Shown one piece after another: positions 52,142 to 64,000 of a stretch of 64,000 nt of DNA. The DNA is taken from the NCBI RefSeq assembly GCF_037042905.1, contig NC_087252.1:24430001-24494000 (forward strand). The letters run 5' to 3'. Source of the DNA: Lytechinus pictus (Eukaryota). The translations under genes were made by a program, and so were the position numbers. The notes under the pieces were generated by a model, which did no database searches, had not been told where the DNA came from, and saw only the letters and a program-made list of their open reading frames with translations. The first letter of the stretch is position 1. The number at the start of each line of letters is the position of its first letter.

Positions 52142-52300
52142 GGGGAGCGTTTCATCAATGTTTTTGTCTGACAAGTTGTCAGATCTGATAACTTTCCTTA
52201 ATTTTGATTGGCTGAGAGGCACTGTTACTATGGTAACTGTCGGATAAAACCGGACTTGTCTGATAAAACGTCCGACAAGTCCTTTCATGAAACGCTCCCC
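52142..52300. mobile_element. Harbinger-like MITE
   Basis: GGGGAGCGTTTCAT...ATGAAACGCTCCCC. Related short elements at 52455-52780 and 15450-15622. Confidence 0.7.
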
Positions 52301-53514
52301 AGAACAAAATTACTGAGAACTGCCTATTAACCAGTGAATTCTGTAATTATGTTATAAGTAGGTGTTATATATAGAGACCCCACTGTTCCCGTGAGCAATG
52401 GGTGAACCTGTTGACTGGCATAATTCCATTGGCTTTGTAGAGCAAGGGGCCACCAGGTGGGTGTCTCATAAAGCGCTTTGTAAGAGCTCTAAGAATGACT
52501 TAACAAAAGATTGGAGATCTAAATCAACACCAATGAAAAGTTGGTGCAAGTAATTAACCACAAGATCATCAGTTATTCGCAAAGTCGCTTGTAATTTACG
52601 AACAGCTTGATGAAACACCCACCTGTTCTTAATGTTACGCACTGGTTTACGCACGATTGGAACCTGTTCTCAGGCGCTAAATCAGTTACATAGGAATATC
52701 ATTTAGAACAAGAAATGGTCACCAGTCGTGCGTAAAGTCATTTGTACCTTACGAACAGTTTTATGAAACAGGCCCCTGGTTCCAGAAGGCAATCCATTAA
52801 CTTGTTGACTACTGACGTTGATAATTCGTGTAGGCTCTTTAAAACTTCAGCCTGGCGCCAGATAATTCCAGTAGGCAGTTTGAAGAGGTAAACGTCTTTT
52901 AAAACATGAAATAAATGCGAAGTCCCCCCCCCCCCCGCCTCCTCCCCCAACATATACACAACACATGTAGTTCTTCAACATGCCAACAGGGCAGAAATAT
53001 AACTTTAATAATGATAATAATAATAATTCAATATTTATATAGCGCCTATTAAAATTTCTCTAAGATGCACCTCATGATCAAATGCTAATTCACAAGTCAA
53101 GTGGTCAAATTGATGTTCATATTGGCACATTACTGAAGTTTTTTTTCTTCATATTTTTTTAGTAATACATGTAATCCTCCAATGATACAGAAAACGTTCA
53201 TCAGTTGGGGATGATAACATAAATGTTTCATCTTCTACCAAACTGAACAATTATTTGAGGAGAGCTTTCAAATAATTGTTAGGGTAGGTAGAAGTTTGAA
53301 CATTATTCCATAATCCTCCAATGTTTCACATTCAGATTTGATTATCATATTTGAACTCAAAACCACAAAACTTGGCAATATGTTGCCAAATTTTTTTTAG
53401 TCTTCTCTCTTTTTTTTTCTGTTACTTTTGTTATTGGCAGCATACAAAGAAGGTCCATAACTGGTTGTCAAAAGACATACAGGTGTAAAAGGAAATTAAT
53501 TGATACACTTACAA

Positions 53515-53520
53515 TTTATT
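53515..53520 (-). terminator. candidate polyadenylation signal AATAAA of the zinc-finger gene
   Basis: tttatt on + strand, about 90 nt past the stop codon. Confidence 0.4.
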
Positions 53521-53610
53521 TTTTAATAAATTCCAGCAGGCTTTGAGCAAGCACAACTGGCTGAAATAGGCAACGAGTACACTCTAGACATTATTTCCAC
53601 ATGCATGTTA

Positions 53611-55142
53611 TTATTTTTTATGAGTTTTCATATGCCTGTGCCAGTCAGAATTTCTGGAAAACGACTTTGAGCACGTCTTACACTCGTATCCCTTCTCAAG
53701 ATGTGTTTTGAAATGCGAGTGCAGGCCGTTCCGACCAGCAAACCTTGCGCCGCATTCTTTGCACGCAAACTTCCTCTCCTCGGAATGCAACTTAGCATGG
53801 TCTTTCAGCGACTGTTCTGTGTTGAAGCCCTGTTCGCAGAGAGTACATTTGAACGGTTTGAGGTCCGAGTGGGTTCGCAGGTGCCTCTGCACATCGCTCT
53901 TGCGCGTGAATTTCTTCGAACACACCTTGCAACCGTATTTCCTTTCCTCGTGCGTACGGGAATGTGAATAAAGCCCACCTGATTGGGCGAACCTCTTGCC
54001 GCATATTTTACATTCGTACGCTTTCACGTCAGAATGTAGCTTTTGATGGTCCCGAAGATGTGCGTAATCACCAAACCTTCTCCCGCAAGTGGAACAGGCG
54101 TACGGTTGCTCACCGGTGTGGGATCGAATGTGGCGATTGAGATCGCTCTTGTTAATAAACACTTTTTCACACAAATCACATTTGAAACCTCTGAAACCTC
54201 CAGATATGGAGTTTGGTCCCTTTCTTTCCTTCTTTATTTTATTTTCTATGAAAGGCTCCAAGTCCTCATTAGTGATACTCTGCCGTTTTATGATAGAAGG
54301 GTCAATGACAGATTTGTCAACAGCCTTACTGGCTGTGGCACGGGAAATTTTCGCTCGCGCCGAGTTGCCGTTTTGCGATTTCACCTCAAGGGGTGAAGAA
54401 ACGGGAACTTTATACTTCGGAGGTCGGCCTCTTTTCTTTGGGTTGACGGGATCAGGAGAAGCCTTTTGAGCCACCATTTGTTTTATTTTGACTACCATCT
54501 TTGACTTCTTGTGGCCAGGTTGCGCAGAGACAGTTTTGGGAGATTCTTTAGCCTTATTTTTAGAGCCTTTAGGTCTGCCTCTTCCCCTTTTCATAGGTTT
54601 TGAATCATCACATTTTTTGAGTTTCGGGGTCTTTGGGAATTGGGATACACCATTACTTTCACCTTTTTCTTTTCCCTCTTCCCCATCAAGCGAGCAATCG
54701 TCATCGCTATCAATACCTATAATTTCTGCCCCGTGCTCAACTCTGAAATGAGATCTGAGAAACAGAGTACCCGTAAATGTTTTACCGCAGAGCTCACACG
54801 TCAGTCTCTTTCTCTTTCTTGAGACCTCAGGCAGGACACAACCACCAGCATCATTGTTACCACTCTCCCCTAGATTTGAAGGGTTAAGCAAAACAGAATT
54901 CGACCCATCGGATTCGTTTTTGGTATCATCTAGGTTAAATTGTGGAGACTGTGACATGTTACCTATTCTCTTACTATCACCAGCATTATCAGCTGAAGGT
55001 CCATGGTCAGATGGCACTTGGCAAGAACTTTGGATATGTTGGGCAGTATCTGAGTGGTCCTTCGGGCTAGATGATCGCTTCAACTCCTCCTGTAGCACAA
55101 CGGATGTCAGTGTATGGGACTTGTTCTCTGTGGTAATGACAC
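53611..55142 (-). CDS. C2H2 zinc-finger/AT-hook protein, terminal exon (1+7 fingers, 2 AT-hooks)
   Basis: Acceptor gtctatgtag|GT, phase 1, matches upstream donor. AT-hooks KRGRGRPK and KKRGRPPK, seven tandem CxxC-x12-HxxxH fingers, TAA at 53613-53611. Joined CDS 2889 nt = 962 aa. Confidence 0.9.
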
Positions 55143-55462
55143 CTACATAGACACCGATAAGAAAGCATAGAAACACAAATGAATACACACTGTGTCTGAA
55201 TGTTATTATTACCAGAGATTCTCTGCCAATGCTATCAGTCCTTTTTAAGGTTTCATATACTTGGTTGTACAGATATGATCAATCTTTAATATTAGGTGGG
55301 GCAAAATTTACCTATCTACACAGAAAATACATGTTCTGTGTCATTGCTTAAAATTATGGAATATCATTTATAAACCTATAATTCCAATCATGTACCTGAA
55401 ATAGCAACAAAATATTTCAGCTTTAACTTCCTACATATGTATGTATATGTCATGTTCTTTAA

Positions 55463-56205
55463 CCCTACCCACGATTCGGGCAATATATTCGCCGTGCAAA
55501 ATTTTTTGACCGCGCCACTCGCTGACTTTTTATTTTCAAGTCTTGCGCAACTTTTGAGACCAGTTTCGCGTCACCCAGGTACGCGGTTCCAAAATTATGC
55601 AAACATTATGTAAGTGCATGTCAGACCAAAAATTGCTCAAAAACGGGATTTTGTGTACAAAGTCAATGCAAATTGTGTTTTCAACCAAAAATCATAAATG
55701 TATGATTATTTTTAGTTTTGCTGGTCCAAATGTATTTATTTAATGCTGTTTATGATCTCAGAAGAGTCCCCAACAAATTTCATAGAAAAAACAATGAAAA
55801 ACAAAAGGTCCAAAAAACAAAAAATACATAAAAAATAGCAAAAAAATATATATTATAATACATAAGAAATTGATCTGATTTCGCAATTTTTTTTCATGTA
55901 CACTTGCTAAAAACACCACAAAGAGTTTCTAAACCAAAAATAAGCACATTTGGAGCTTTAATTAGGGAGTTAGAGGGAAAAGTATGATTTCGCATACTAA
56001 TTATGCATAAATTAGCATAATCACTTTGCAATTTGTATGAAAAATTACTATACAATTTTGTAGATTATGTCCCAGACAACTGCGTGCCAATTTTCGGCGC
56101 GATCGCGCGGCCAACAGGCGAGATCTCAAGGGGGGGGGCCTGGGAGGCCCCCCCCCCCCCCCCCCCGGCCATATGAACTCCTGAAATACCCCGGGCTAGA
56201 TAGGG
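55463..56205. mobile_element. piggyBac-type non-autonomous element in the zinc-finger intron
   Basis: TTAA|CCCT...AGGG|TTAA. Confidence 0.75.
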
Positions 56206-56612
56206 TTAATTAATTATTGGTAAATTTTGATTGTTTCCACTGGTTTACCCTTTCACATGCCATTTCCATGACAACATCTTTAATTTATGCACAACTGTGG
56301 ACACTTTCTTGTACTCAATGAGATTTTCTGTGTTAAAAAAAATGGTGTGTATTTCTATTTCCTCATATAAACTTCTTTAAAAAAAACACATTCCAATGCT
56401 TGTTAACAAGAATTTTAATTTTCAAATATTTTTAAATATCAATAAGGATCTGATCTGGCATAAAGAAAGATAATTACATGGGTATAAAGGTCATAGGTAA
56501 CTTCAGAACAGCTTTATGAAACACCAAACGGGGCGCTCAAATTTCTAGCCTTACATCACCTACCGGAACTCACCCCCCCCCCCCCTCCCCCTCCAAAAAT
56601 GAAATATCCTAC

Positions 56613-57969
56613 CCATTCCATCTCCAGGCACAACATTCTCTTCTGGATCCCTCTCTGCATCTTCCACCAACATAGATTCAGGAGAAAGTGCTAGAGCCAT
56701 TGACTCCTCATCATCGAAGATCGTCCTCTGAGGAGTCTGTTGCTTCCGAATCTTTCTTGGAATACGTGTCTCTACTCCATCAGCTTTAGCTTTGATCAGA
56801 AAGGCTGTCTTGTCTGAGCTAGTGGGCTGTTGGTCAGAGCTAGGGGTGTCCTCAATCTTGACCTGGATAAGGACTGAGTTTTCCTGTGATGAAGAGCTTG
56901 AGGTGTCCCCAACCTTAACCTCAAAAAGGCCAGGATGTTCCTCAGATGAACAGCTAATGGTATCCTTGACTATGACCTTGACAAGGCCAGGATCTTTCTG
57001 GGATAAAGAGTTGGTGGTGTCCTTGATAATGACCTCAACAATGCCAGGATCTTCCTGGGATAAAGAACTAGTGGTGTCCTTGTCCATGACCTTCACAATG
57101 CCAGGATCTTCCTGGAATGAAGAGCTAGTGGAGTCCTTGTCCATGACCTTTACATGACCAGGATCTTCCTGGAATGAAGAGCTAGTGGTGTCTTTGGCCA
57201 TGACCTTGACAACGCCAGGATCTTCCTGAGCCGAAGAACTGGACTGTGGTGGCATTTGCATGATGCATCCATCACTGGGGATATTGATAGAAGACATTGA
57301 CTGGTCCGTGGTGCCAACAGGGATGTCCTCAACGAAGAACAGTGGGGCAAGGTCCATGAGATCCCCTAAAGATTCTAGAGATGATTGTTCAAGTTGATTG
57401 TTCCCATTATCGATTTGGATTACTATCTCCTCTTTAATATCACAGGGAGATTCATGACCATCATTGTTGCTTCCAGAATCAGGACTCCTGCCTTCAGAAG
57501 AAAGTTCATGCTGCGTATCATTTTCCTCTTTTGGTTGCCTTGTTCTAATCTCTGCAGCCAAGGCACCATCAGGGACCATACTACTCTCCCCTAAGGGTGG
57601 ATTCCTTGTTGCAAAGTCATCAGATGTCTCCTGCTCAATACCATTACCGCTATTGAAATGCGGCGTTCCTGATACACCTCCACCAACAACCGCATCAAGA
57701 ACTGTACCAGTTTGGCTTTGCAAACTCGAAGTTGAATGGACATGGACTTCTACCTGCTCCTGCGATCCACCATGGATCTGTTCAAGGTGGAATCTTAGGT
57801 ACATGGCTTGTGAAAATGCTCTGTAACAGAGGGGACACTGGTGAAGCTTCTTGCCAGTGTGGATGCGTTCGTGGGTCTCCAGTCTGTGCTGGCTGCAGAA
57901 GGGGTGGAAGCAGAAACGACAGATGAATATACGACCAGTTTGTGGATAAAAGCGGCGGCTAGAGGCCAT
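56613..57969 (-). CDS. C2H2 zinc-finger/AT-hook protein, first coding exon (2 fingers + 19-aa repeat region)
   Basis: First in-frame ATG at 57969 with in-frame TAG upstream. Fingers CRFC..HERIH-TGKK and CPLC..HLEQIH. Donor ATGG|GTAGGA after 56613, phase 1. Exon acceptor ttcttcatatacag| at 58119. Confidence 0.8.
56845..57243 (-). repeat. coding 57-bp (19-aa) tandem repeat, 7 copies
   Basis: CCAGGATCTT recurs every 57 bp (57044, 57101, 57158, 57215). Protein unit SSSFQEDPGxVKVMDKDTT. Confidence 0.92.
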
Positions 57970-58824
57970 GGATGCCAAGGAGACCACGTCAGACTACCTC
58001 TAGCTTACACAAAGTAAGATGGGAGGAAACGCGGAATACACTTCATGGCTTTTAGGATCTCATCAATGTGTGAAATTTTGCATGCACCGTCTCTCATGGA
58101 TCTGATCTGGAATATTGTCCTGTATATGAAGAAACAAAAATAAATATTAAAAACTATTATGAATTGGTAATAATTGAAATCAAATCAATAAAATCAGGTC
58201 AATCTTGCAAACCAAAAATGTACATATACATGTAGCCTATATGCAGTTAACACAATAGACCCCTACTCCACTTTTATGAGTAGACTTGCACAATTTTCCC
58301 AATGAAATTTGTGTTGTTGATAGTAAAACAAAGTTCTTGTTTCTTTATGTCAAAATCCAAGTGTTTTAGGGGACAGTTTTCAAGAAAATATAAAAGTAAA
58401 GGGTTGTTGGCAGTTTTTTTTTATCATTCACATGGACTACTATTTCCTTGTCAAATGGATAACGAATATTTGTCAACAGATCATTTTACATTGTTAATCA
58501 TTGTTATCAAATATTGGATGCTTTCAACAAGGGAAAGAAATACCAATGCAGTTAAAGTCACAATTTGTTGTTAAAACATATCTCTTACAAAGTTCTTTTT
58601 AAGTCACTGTTGGCTCATTTCATTTTCAGTTGCAGTGCTACAAGTATAAACAGAAATTTTGCATCTGCATTTATATATTGAGTGTTTCATAAATACAATT
58701 TGTAAACTAAAAATAGTTTTAACACTACATTTAAAAACATTAAATAAGAAGCAATCAGTATCAGTTATAAGCTGTGTCAGATCGAAATAAATACTTTCTT
58801 TTGTTAGGTATACACATGAAGCTT

Positions 58825-58923
58825 TTGCTGCACTTTTAATCCTTTGAGAGAAAAGTATTGCTGCACTTTTAATCCTTTGAGAGAAAAGTATTGCTGCACT
58901 TTTAATCCTTTGAGAGAAAAGTA
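58825..58923. repeat. 33-bp perfect tandem repeat x3
   Basis: TTGCTGCACTTTTAATCCTTTGAGAGAAAAGTA at 58825, 58858, 58891. Confidence 0.95.
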
Positions 58924-60750
58924 TGTTTGTGCTTAGAACTTTATGTAATGTATCACACATACTTTTTTGTAAATAAACTGCTGTTTAATTGCAAAAAAAA
59001 TCACAATAACTGTGCACCCTAAATTATGTCTCTTGTATATTGTTCTCCTTGTTCATATCTATCCATAGCAATGGCACTACAGAAAAAAATATGAATAAAT
59101 TAAAAAAGAGGAATTTAAAAAAGAAACTCTGCAACTTTTCGGATATATTCACTTGTTTGTAAGTACAGTTATATCATTATTTTCCTTCTTTAGAGCCTTG
59201 ACAGAGGGAAGAGACTCTGTATGGATGGTCAGACTGGAATTTTCATGGATTTATTTTGGCCCGCGGTAGGCCTACGTGCAGCTAGCACTAGCAGCTTCAT
59301 GAGTTGGTAGCGAATCGGCTTGCAAGTTGAATTGCCAGACTCATCATCATAGACGTAATTCCCCTAATTTACCTCCATCCACGTCACTAGAGCTAGAAAC
59401 TTCATCTTCAAAATCAATTTGAAAATCCAAAATCTAGATAAACTTCTGGGTTTTCTTTCATTTCGTGATCGAAGTATTCAGTGAAAGTGTGGAGAAAACG
59501 TTCCCTCGCAACAGGTTTTGCATGCAAGTGGAGCTTGACGTTGGAGAGCCAATCACGTCTCTCGTACACTCATACACGTCATCAAATTCGAGTCAATTCA
59601 GAGACCGATGGGAGGCATATTTCGGAGAGGCATTTTAGCGCTTTTTAATTGGCGATTTCCACTTTATGCATTACTTTCGTTATTTTTGAATGACCAAATC
59701 ATGATAATCTCCACATCATGACCTTTCCACTGATATAATAAGGCCATATTCATAATCAATATATTTCTCCTTTAAAGATCGTGATGTTGCATGAATTTTA
59801 TATTTCCGCCCCATAAAATCCCACCTTTGTCACTCAGAATATCAGATCGAGTTCACGGACTCGAAATTTGGGCAGGTGGAGCAGTAGTGAAGTGGAGTGG
59901 AGCCCGCACGAACTTCGCTCGAGGTAACTTGACATAAACTAAAAAAGGCGCTATTTAACAAAATATTTATTTTAAAAAAAAACGCCTTAAAGTTAAACAC
60001 AATGCAAAAAACCTAACGATTTGGCCGCATTGTTAACAACTATCGTAAGGGGCGCTCCATTTATAAATAAAGATGAATGTGTAGCTGTCTACCGCGACAC
60101 CGTTTGTCGCAAGTCTTTAAGTTTAATTTAATAAGAAATTGTCATAAAGACATAAAAATTAAAATTCAACGAGTGAACCGGTGAGTACCGATTTAAACAT
60201 TATCAATTTATTTAGTAGAATACATTTAATTAGTAGAGTAAAACAATTTCGTGATATTAATGCTTAGTACTAAGCGGCACAAATGCGCGTGAATCATGTG
60301 AATCGAGTCCCAGTTTCGAGTCCTTGTTTTTACTTGCACGCTGTGACCTGTGTAGCCTAAGCAATTTTTGGCATTTTTTATCGGATAATGTACATACACT
60401 TGCACGCTGCACTTCACCAGTACGACAATTCACCAGACGGTGGACTGTACTGTTTCCAAAAGAAGAAGAAGTTTCTTAACACGGGTAATAGTATTAGCCT
60501 ACTAATAAAGTAATATAGGGGTGTTGCCGAGAGTAGACTAACGAAGTCCTGTTAAAGATCTACATCAAAAAAATGAACAAGTGGGACCGAACAAAAAAAG
60601 ACAAAGATTTCAATCCGTATTCCAGACAACCAATAACTGTTTCTCAGTACATTCTGACCAATATCTTCTTATATTCGAAAGGGAAAATGCGTTAGGTAAC
60701 TTCTAAAATAGTTAAATGGGCAAATTTCCTCGTATTTACTTTCATTTTAC

Positions 60751-60866
60751 CTTTCTTTGTGAGCAGTCGGTAGTTAAACGCACAAATTTCAGAGCAGTCC
60801 AATCCGGCCGTCGTCCATTTCCACGACGGAAAATTGTCGTAGTACTAATGCGCCATCTACGGCCGG
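60751..60866 (-). promoter_or_regulatory. candidate promoter / non-coding first exon of the zinc-finger gene with CTCF/YY1-like motif
   Basis: CpG-containing non-repetitive patch, GCCGTAGATGGCGC (minus strand, 60863-60850), and donor AAG|GTAAAA at 60751 that could splice to the 58119 acceptor. Confidence 0.4.
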
Positions 60867-62480
60867 TTTTCAAGCACAGTCGTCGAGAATTTTAGGAAAC
60901 GCTGATCAAAGATTGTTTAAATTATTACTATCTCTAATCGGGGAATAATAAAGTACTGGAAATCATACAACTTAAGAGCAATATTACTTTGTGAACTTGA
61001 TCTATAGGTACACCACCCCACCCCGGGGTCGGGACAACTCGGACCACGGGACATCTCGGACCGCGGGCCCCCACCCCCACCCTCTTTGATTATGATCAGC
61101 GTGTTGCAAGAAACTTGCAGTTGATCTCAAGACACTGAATTTTCAGGTCCCAATTGCATGGTCTGCTTTTTGCATAAGCAAAAAATGCTTACTTGATATC
61201 ACTTGTAAACTTGTATCTGAAATTTGCAATAGATTACGAGCATTTCCTTGCAATACATCCTTTATTCACGTAAATATATTTATATATATCGTAGAACTAT
61301 TAAGAACTTATTGATAGGTGCGTAAATACACATCCTTTGCCAAACCACAGTTTTCTCTCTTCCATAAAAATTTAATATTCCTTTTAATATATATCATTAT
61401 GATTATCATTCAAAATTTTATTTTACTTTCCGTTCAAATGTATAACAAATCCATGTAAATCAAATGCAAAATAACAGATAAACGTTACCAGGGACTTCTC
61501 GATTAATTCAAGGTGTCACGCGCGTAAAACATTCCCCATAGACTTGTGTGTTAAAATGGCACTTTTGAAAAATTCATAAAAAATAAATGTGAAATTAGAG
61601 GGTGGAATGTTTACTACCAATGGATAGGATATATATCTGACATTCCATATCTGACCAGGAAAGGGTACCGTAGCCAGCTCATTTTAAAAATAAATCGCCA
61701 TTTATGAAGATAACTATGAATCGATCGAATTCATCAACTGAAACAGTAAAATAGCCCTAATTATTCCGCCAGTCAAAAAATAGTTCCAAATCACTTATTT
61801 ATCTTCCCAATTTGGGCGAAGTAAGTTCAGAAGTTACCATTTCTAGAATCAGTGTTAGATTTTGAATCACATTCATACATTTTTGTCAATCAGCAATATC
61901 AAATTGACAAAAATTCGAATGGGTTGGGTCGAACGAATATCTTTAGCCCTCCTGATGTAATTAGGCTCGTGGAACCTATACATGAGCAAGAATGTTGGTA
62001 GTGATAATACGGAAGCTTAAAAGTGCAACCCATCAGACAGGCCCATGTCAAGGGGTGAGGGTAAATTGCCTATTCGTCCACAGCTGCCAACACGTCCACT
62101 CACCACATGGTCTACCTTCATTTAGTCTAATGCAATTCCGTCCATCAACTTTTCGTCTAACAACCATTTGGTCCAATAACCTTTATTTGGTCTAATTATC
62201 ACTTCGTCTATAATCACCGTTTCGTCTATGATCATTTCGCCTCATAACCAGTTGGTCTACTGCCCATTTTCTTGTCATTCATTCATCTACATCTCTCAAA
62301 CTGGATGTAGACATGATCGAATCTGATTGGAGATTTCGTCATCTCATCACCTCTCAAACGGGATGTAGACATGGTAATTAGATCCACTATCTTGCCGTCT
62401 CATCATCTTTTCTAAGTATTGTTTCAGTTTCTATAGAAGCTTAAAGGTGCCAACCAGGTATTCAGATAATCATCTCGTCA

Positions 62481-64000
62481 TCAGGGACCTGGGAACGATT
62501 TTTTCAGTGGGGGTGCTGAAATCTCTCTTCAAAGGTGAGGGGGGACAGACACAATTGAGTTTTCAATATTAAATTACACACACACACACATATATAAATA
62601 TACATATATATGACAGTCACTTCTTAGCTTTCTTCTTATAAAAGAACATAAATGTATAATTAGATAATTTGAGCGCGAAGCGCGAGCTATTTTTTGTGGA
62701 AATTTCATGTATTTTGTCCTGAAAATTGAACATTTTGAGCAATGTTTGTGGTCCAATTAAGATACGTATGTAACAAATAATAATTGTGAGCGCGATCAGC
62801 GTGAGCAGATATTTTTTATATACGCTCTGGCCTGATCGAAAGGGACGTGTATATAAGGACTGTTCTGCAGTTACCCATGAAGACGATACATACATTAACA
62901 ATCAAATAATGCGAGCGCGAGCTTAAAAATTTGACATTCCGACCTAAATACTGGACATTCTAAGCACGTTTTGTAAATATGAACAGGATAGGTATAAAAA
63001 TATACAATTGATGCGAGCGCGAAGCGCGAGCGGAAATAAAAATGAGATTTCAAACCTTAAAACGAGACATCTAATGCACTTTTCTAATCATGACCAGGAT
63101 AGGTATATAACTATACAATTGATGCGAGCGCAAAGCGCGAGCGGAAACAAAATTGAGATTTCAGACCTGAAAACGGGACATTCTATTCATGTTTTGTAAA
63201 TCAAGAAAATGATGGGTAATTGGATATATTCTTAAATTAATGTGAGCGCGAAGCGCGAGCAGAAATTTTTTGATATTCTGATCTGAAACTCCACACTGAA
63301 TGTAAAATGGTTTGAACAGATAAAGAAAACTCAGACGAACATAAGAATAAAGATTTGATCAAAATCAGACAAGAATATTACAGTTATTGCATTTTAAAGA
63401 TTAGCATTATTCCAGTGAAACAGTTTTAGGCATGTCTTCATTAAAATTCAATGAGCAAACTGGTGATGTCATATCCCCACTTGTTCTTTTGTATTTTATT
63501 ATATAAATTGAGGTTTATTCAATATTTTCCAAGAACCAAAACAGTTGAATTGACAACTTATTTCATTATAAGGGAGACATATCATTCACTCTGGTATGAA
63601 AAAATGAAACAATTTTGATTCCACAAGAAACAGGATAGTGGGAATGTCACAGCATCAGCCCACCTATTAAATATTCATGACGACATGCATATCACCATTT
63701 TCATAAAATATTGCTAAACTTTAGAATTGAATAATTTAACTAATCGTTATCAGATTTTGATAAAATTTATTCATTTTTGATAAAATGTATTTGATATAAA
63801 TATTTTCAGCCCGGAGCACCCCCCCCTATCAAGCTGCGTGTCTGAATAAACATGCCTGCGCGTGTTTAGAGTTAGACCTAGTACCTGGGCATTCTAAATA
63901 CATTTTTTTATTATAAAAATAAATAATGCGAGCGCGAAGCGCGAGCAGAAAATATTTGATATTTCGATCTGAAAGAGGGTGAATTTAAACACTATTTCAA
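62481..64000. mobile_element. element with ~117-bp GCGAGCGCGAAGCGCGAGC subrepeats, interrupted by a MITE at ~63295-63826
   Basis: Motif at ~62671, 62787, 62911, 63013, 63124, 63244, 63928. Confidence 0.6.

Noticed and set aside
53701..57826. Plus-strand ORFs overlapping the zinc-finger exons (likewise 17419-18189 over MCT)
   Set aside because: Antisense shadows of real coding sequence with no recognisable domains.
58604..58960. 118-aa ORF with ILFSQRIKSAA x3
   Set aside because: Product of a 33-bp tandem repeat in AT-rich, probably intronic sequence.

Overview
AT-rich, intron-containing, repeat-dense animal genomic DNA with a 200-N gap at 14294-14493. The repeat repertoire looks echinoderm-like (inference). 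I assembled two intact minus-strand genes by hand from GT-AG sites: a 4-exon SLC16/MCT-type MFS transporter (30697->16811, 483 aa) and a 2-coding-exon C2H2 zinc-finger/AT-hook protein (57969->53611, 962 aa). The rest is mostly nested transposon material. This includes long-TIR foldback elements with TAG...CTA ends and 3-bp TSDs (Academ-like, one with a decayed transposase), a DIRS tyrosine-recombinase relic with an apparent head-to-tail junction, and P-like, hAT, Kolobok, piggyBac and Helentron-type non-autonomous elements. tRNA-derived SINEs and an L2 fragment present in only one copy of an 8.35-kb tandem duplication are also there, as is a 3-kb G-poor CAT/CAC/TAC minisatellite. I found no prokaryotic features or CRISPR and cannot demonstrate a clearly new biological system. 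Family assignments come from recalled motifs and terminal structure, not from database searches.
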